DNA from: Nitrosomonas europaea | GTDB taxonomy: Bacteria > Pseudomonadota > Gammaproteobacteria > Burkholderiales > Nitrosomonadaceae | Direction: 5' to 3' | Length of the DNA: 21,481 nucleotides | NCBI RefSeq assembly: GCF_900167395.1 | Contig: NZ_FUWK01000044.1 | Span: forward strand, 1 to 21,481 | Shown here: positions 19,477 to 21,481 of the stretch, piece after piece | How positions within the stretch are numbered: position 1 is the first letter of the stretch | Layout of the letters: every line of letters begins with the position of its first letter | The notes under the pieces: model-generated | Database searches by the model: none | The model's input: only the letters and a program-made list of their open reading frames with translations | Told to the model about the DNA's origin: nothing | Made by a program: the position numbers and the translations under genes

Positions 19477-20495
19477 AGAGCATGGATCGAATCGGCATCG
19501 ACACATGGGCAAACATCAGCGCTGAAGGTTGGAGCTCCCTCCTTTTGGGCAACGGCGCCAGCATTGCCATCCACAAGGAGTTCGCATACCCAACACTCCA
19601 TGGCATTGCTGATGCAAAAGGACTGCTCGCCACTACTGCCCCAATATTCGCCAAGCTCGGGACAACCGACTTCGAGCATGTTCTGCTGGCGTGCTGGTAT
19701 GCCGAGCACGTCAACGGGGCATTGGGGACGCCGTCGGCCGCCATCTCCGCAGCCTATGAGGAGGTCCGTACCGCACTGATCGAAGCTGTGCACAGTGTGC
19801 ATCCGGTGCATGCCGATGTTGCCGCCGACCTACAAAGGGTCGGTGCGTTTGCAAGCGCGTTTCCCACGGTCGTCAGCCTGAACTACGACATCACCTTGTA
19901 CTGGGCCATGCTGCTGTTCAACGCGGCGAACGGGAGTTGGTTCAAGGACGCATTCCACGACGGGGAGTTCCAGACGGATTGGGAATATCTGCGGCGACCC
20001 TATGGGCACGCTGCAGGAGCAACATTGGTTTTCTACCCTCACGGCAGTCTTGCGGTTGCTCGTGACTACCTTGGTGATGAGACAAAGCTTTCTGTAGGCG
20101 CGGGAGCCGCAGGTGACTTGCTTGGCACCATAACCCGGAGGTGGGCGTCCGGGCACTATGTGCCCGTGTTTGTTAGCGAGGGAACCAGTCATCAGAAGGT
20201 CGCTGCGATTCGCCGAAGTCACTACCTGACGAACGTATATGAAGAGGTGCTGCCCGCCCTTGGAGAGAGCCTGGTCGTCTATGGCTGGAGCTTTGACGAG
20301 CGAGACCAGCATGTGCTCGCTGCCATCGCAGCGAATCCGCCAAAGCGAATGGCCGTCTCGGTTTTCACTGGTCAGCCAGATGGAGATCAGCAAGCGTTCT
20401 GCCTTCAGGTACTCAAGGCCGTTGGCCGGTCCTTGCCTGGCACAGAGGTCACGTTCTTCGATTCGCGGAGCCCTGGATGCTGGAACAATCCATGA
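19473..20495 (+). CDS. DUF4917 / SIR2_2-like Rossmann protein, translationally coupled to mcrC
   Basis: The start (GTG 19473 or ATG 19482) overlaps or abuts the mcrC stop at 19474-19476. The motif order is SLLLGNGASIA ... VVSLNYD ... VFYPHGSL ... PVFVSEGTSHQKVAAIRRSHYL ... VVYGWSFDERDQHVL. This matches my recollection of DUF4917/SIR2-like families. The assignment is by eye only. Confidence 0.6.
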   Translation: MKSMDRIGIDTWANISAEGWSSLLLGNGASIAIHKEFAYPTLHGIADAKGLLATTAPIFAKLGTTDFEHVLLACWYAEHVNGALGTPSAAISAAYEEVRTALIEAVHSVHPVHADVAADLQRVGAFASAFPTVVSLNYDITLYWAMLLFNAANGSWFKDAFHDGEFQTDWEYLRRPYGHAAGATLVFYPHGSLAVARDYLGDETKLSVGAGAAGDLLGTITRRWASGHYVPVFVSEGTSHQKVAAIRRSHYLTNVYEEVLPALGESLVVYGWSFDERDQHVLAAIAANPPKRMAVSVFTGQPDGDQQAFCLQVLKAVGRSLPGTEVTFFDSRSPGCWNNP

Positions 20496-20509
20496 TGAGG
20501 TGCTGAACA

Positions 20510-21010
20510 CTACTGCTCGCCGGCAACCTTCATCTCCCTTACCCACGCTTGCAACGCCGTTAGTTGCTCGGCGTTCTCGTGGCAGGTTTGGTAGTTGGCA
20601 GCAACGGTTCCGGCGACGGCAGAGAGCGCAATGCCTGTGGCGGCCGCATCAGCATCTCGGGCGGGCTCGGGCAGTTCACCGGCGGCGGCAGCGTCGTGCA
20701 GGCGCACAAAGCCACGGTTGATAGTGCAAGCAGAATCGGCTTGAACGGGCACATAGACAAGAACCTCCTTGATGATGGTTTCGCCCTTCTCGCGAACGAT
20801 GCGAACGCGGTCGACGTACTCGGTGACGACCTTGACGGTGGCCTGCGCCTGCCGTTCGCGGACGGCGGCGGCTTGCAGGGCTTGTTGCTGGATGGCGGCA
20901 TCCCATTGCGCTTGAACGTGGCTCGCACCCTTGATCCAGCCGAAGCCAACCAGGGCGACGCTGAGCGCCGCGAGGGTCAGCAGCCGGTACGGCCACGGAA
21001 TCACGCTCAC
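20510..21010 (-). CDS. Phage Rz-like i-spanin
   Basis: GTG 21010 overlaps the lysozyme stop as GTGA, with GGGGAGG just upstream. The product is MSVIPWPYRLLTLAALSVALVGFGW (N-terminal TM) followed by a Q/A-rich coiled-coil region. The longer track ORF (to 21403) is out-of-frame overlap with the lysozyme gene. Confidence 0.75.
   Translation of the reverse strand: MSVIPWPYRLLTLAALSVALVGFGWIKGASHVQAQWDAAIQQQALQAAAVRERQAQATVKVVTEYVDRVRIVREKGETIIKEVLVYVPVQADSACTINRGFVRLHDAAAAGELPEPARDADAAATGIALSAVAGTVAANYQTCHENAEQLTALQAWVREMKVAGEQ
20560..20754 (-). CDS. Rz1-like o-spanin lipoprotein, fully embedded in the +1 frame of Rz
   Basis: ATG at 20754 gives MCPFKPILLALSTVALCAC-TTLPPPVNCPSPPEMLMRPPQ..., a signal peptide with a lipobox-like LCAC and a short proline-rich mature part. 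This is the lambda Rz/Rz1 embedded architecture. Confidence 0.6.
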   Translation of the reverse strand: MCPFKPILLALSTVALCACTTLPPPVNCPSPPEMLMRPPQALRSLPSPEPLLPTTKPATRTPSN

Positions 21011-21411
21011 GACGCCTCCCCGATGCACTGCCGGTATTCGGCTTCTCGCCGAGTAGCCAGCCCGCCGCACAGCCGCGCGTTGGTGGGCAGCGCGCAGTCT
21101 TTGCCCTGGAAGAAGCGCCAGCGCAGCAGTTCGGCGCAGGCCCCGGCGTAGTCCTCCGCATTGAGTTTCATGACCAGCGTGGATTGGCAGAACGCGCGGC
21201 TGCCGACGTTGTAGGAGAAGCTCACCAGCGCGTCGTACTCGTGCTGGGCCAGGGGCACGGTCACACATTGCTTGAGCGCTCCCTCGAATTGCTGTACGTC
21301 GGTGAGCGCCCGAGCCAGCGCCTTCGGAGGCGTGGTCGTGTCGCCCAGCTTCACCCCGGTGGTGGTACCGAACCTGATGGTCGGCACTGAACCGTCCCGA
21401 CAATCGAGGAG
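21007..21411 (-). pseudogene. GH24 phage lysozyme (P22 gp19 / P21 R type), 5'-truncated
   Basis: ...VPTIRFGTTTGV...VPLAQHEYDALVSFSYNVGSRAFCQSTLVMKLNAEDYAGACAELLRW...TRREAEYRQC aligns with T4/P22-type lysozymes from the PTIGxGHT segment onward. The N-terminal catalytic Glu segment (EGxxLxxY) is absent. The homologous frame runs into AT-rich DNA at about 21412 and hits an in-frame TAA at 21421-21423. Only a GTG at 21387 is available as a start. Confidence 0.75.
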
Positions 21412-21481
21412 GCTATTTGGTTAAAGTAAAATATCCATCAATGTCTTATTATCCTGGGTTTGTCGGTAGTTTTCTTCAGCC
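21412..21481. other. AT-rich segment of unknown origin abutting the truncated lysozyme (possible end of another inserted element, or the 3' end of a minus-strand gene)
   Basis: By direct count about one third G+C over the last ~68 nt, against GC-rich flanking DNA. The minus strand reads ...AEENYRQTQDNKTLMDILL* and ends at 21421. This is too short to identify. Confidence 0.3.

Noticed and set aside
20239-20721. A 160-aa plus-strand ORF bridging the SIR2-like gene and Rz
   Set aside because: It is out of frame within two better-supported genes on opposite strands and translates to R/S-rich low-complexity sequence.
20510-21403. The 297-aa minus-strand ORF treated as a single gene
   Set aside because: Its first ~130 codons (R/H/G-rich MSGRFSADHQVRYHHRGEAG...) are an out-of-frame overlap of the lysozyme gene. 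The real protein signal (TM helix plus coiled coil) starts at GTG 21010, which overlaps the lysozyme stop. It is annotated as Rz at 20510-21010.

Overview
This is a visibly GC-rich, proteobacterial-looking accessory region that reads as a defence island. It is bounded on the left by the end of an IS3-family element and on the right by a decayed prophage lysis cassette.

**Left, minus strand:** a CBASS-like pair, patatin phospholipase (capV-like) followed by a SMODS/CD-NTase-type nucleotidyltransferase. The IS3 terminus at about 327 cuts off the 3' end of the nucleotidyltransferase.

**Centre, plus strand (2234-20495):** an uninterrupted 18.3-kb train of 12 genes, almost all with overlapping stop/start codons.
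- (i) A WYL-domain regulator, a RecQ-type helicase fused to a ComF-like phosphoribosyltransferase (PRTase) domain, and a DprA-like protein.
- (ii) A type I R-M locus with two hsdM paralogues, the first frameshifted. They are separated by a GIY-YIG minigene bracketed by 25-bp inverted repeats. An AlbA_2/HATPase_c_4-type protein, hsdS and hsdR follow.
- (iii) A McrB-like AAA+ protein with a roughly 470-aa N-terminal extension, McrC, and a translationally coupled DUF4917/SIR2-like protein.

**Right, minus strand:** Rz with embedded Rz1 spanins and a 5'-truncated GH24 lysozyme. The sequence then switches abruptly to AT-rich DNA for the last ~70 nt.

**Candidates for an undescribed system:** the best is the WYL / RecQ::PRTase / DprA-like operon. 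It parallels the ComFA-ComFC-DprA logic and looks like a helicase-armed relative of PRTase+DprA pairs. The second is the three-gene McrB-McrC-SIR2-like module.

All domain calls come from motif reading by eye. No database search was run.
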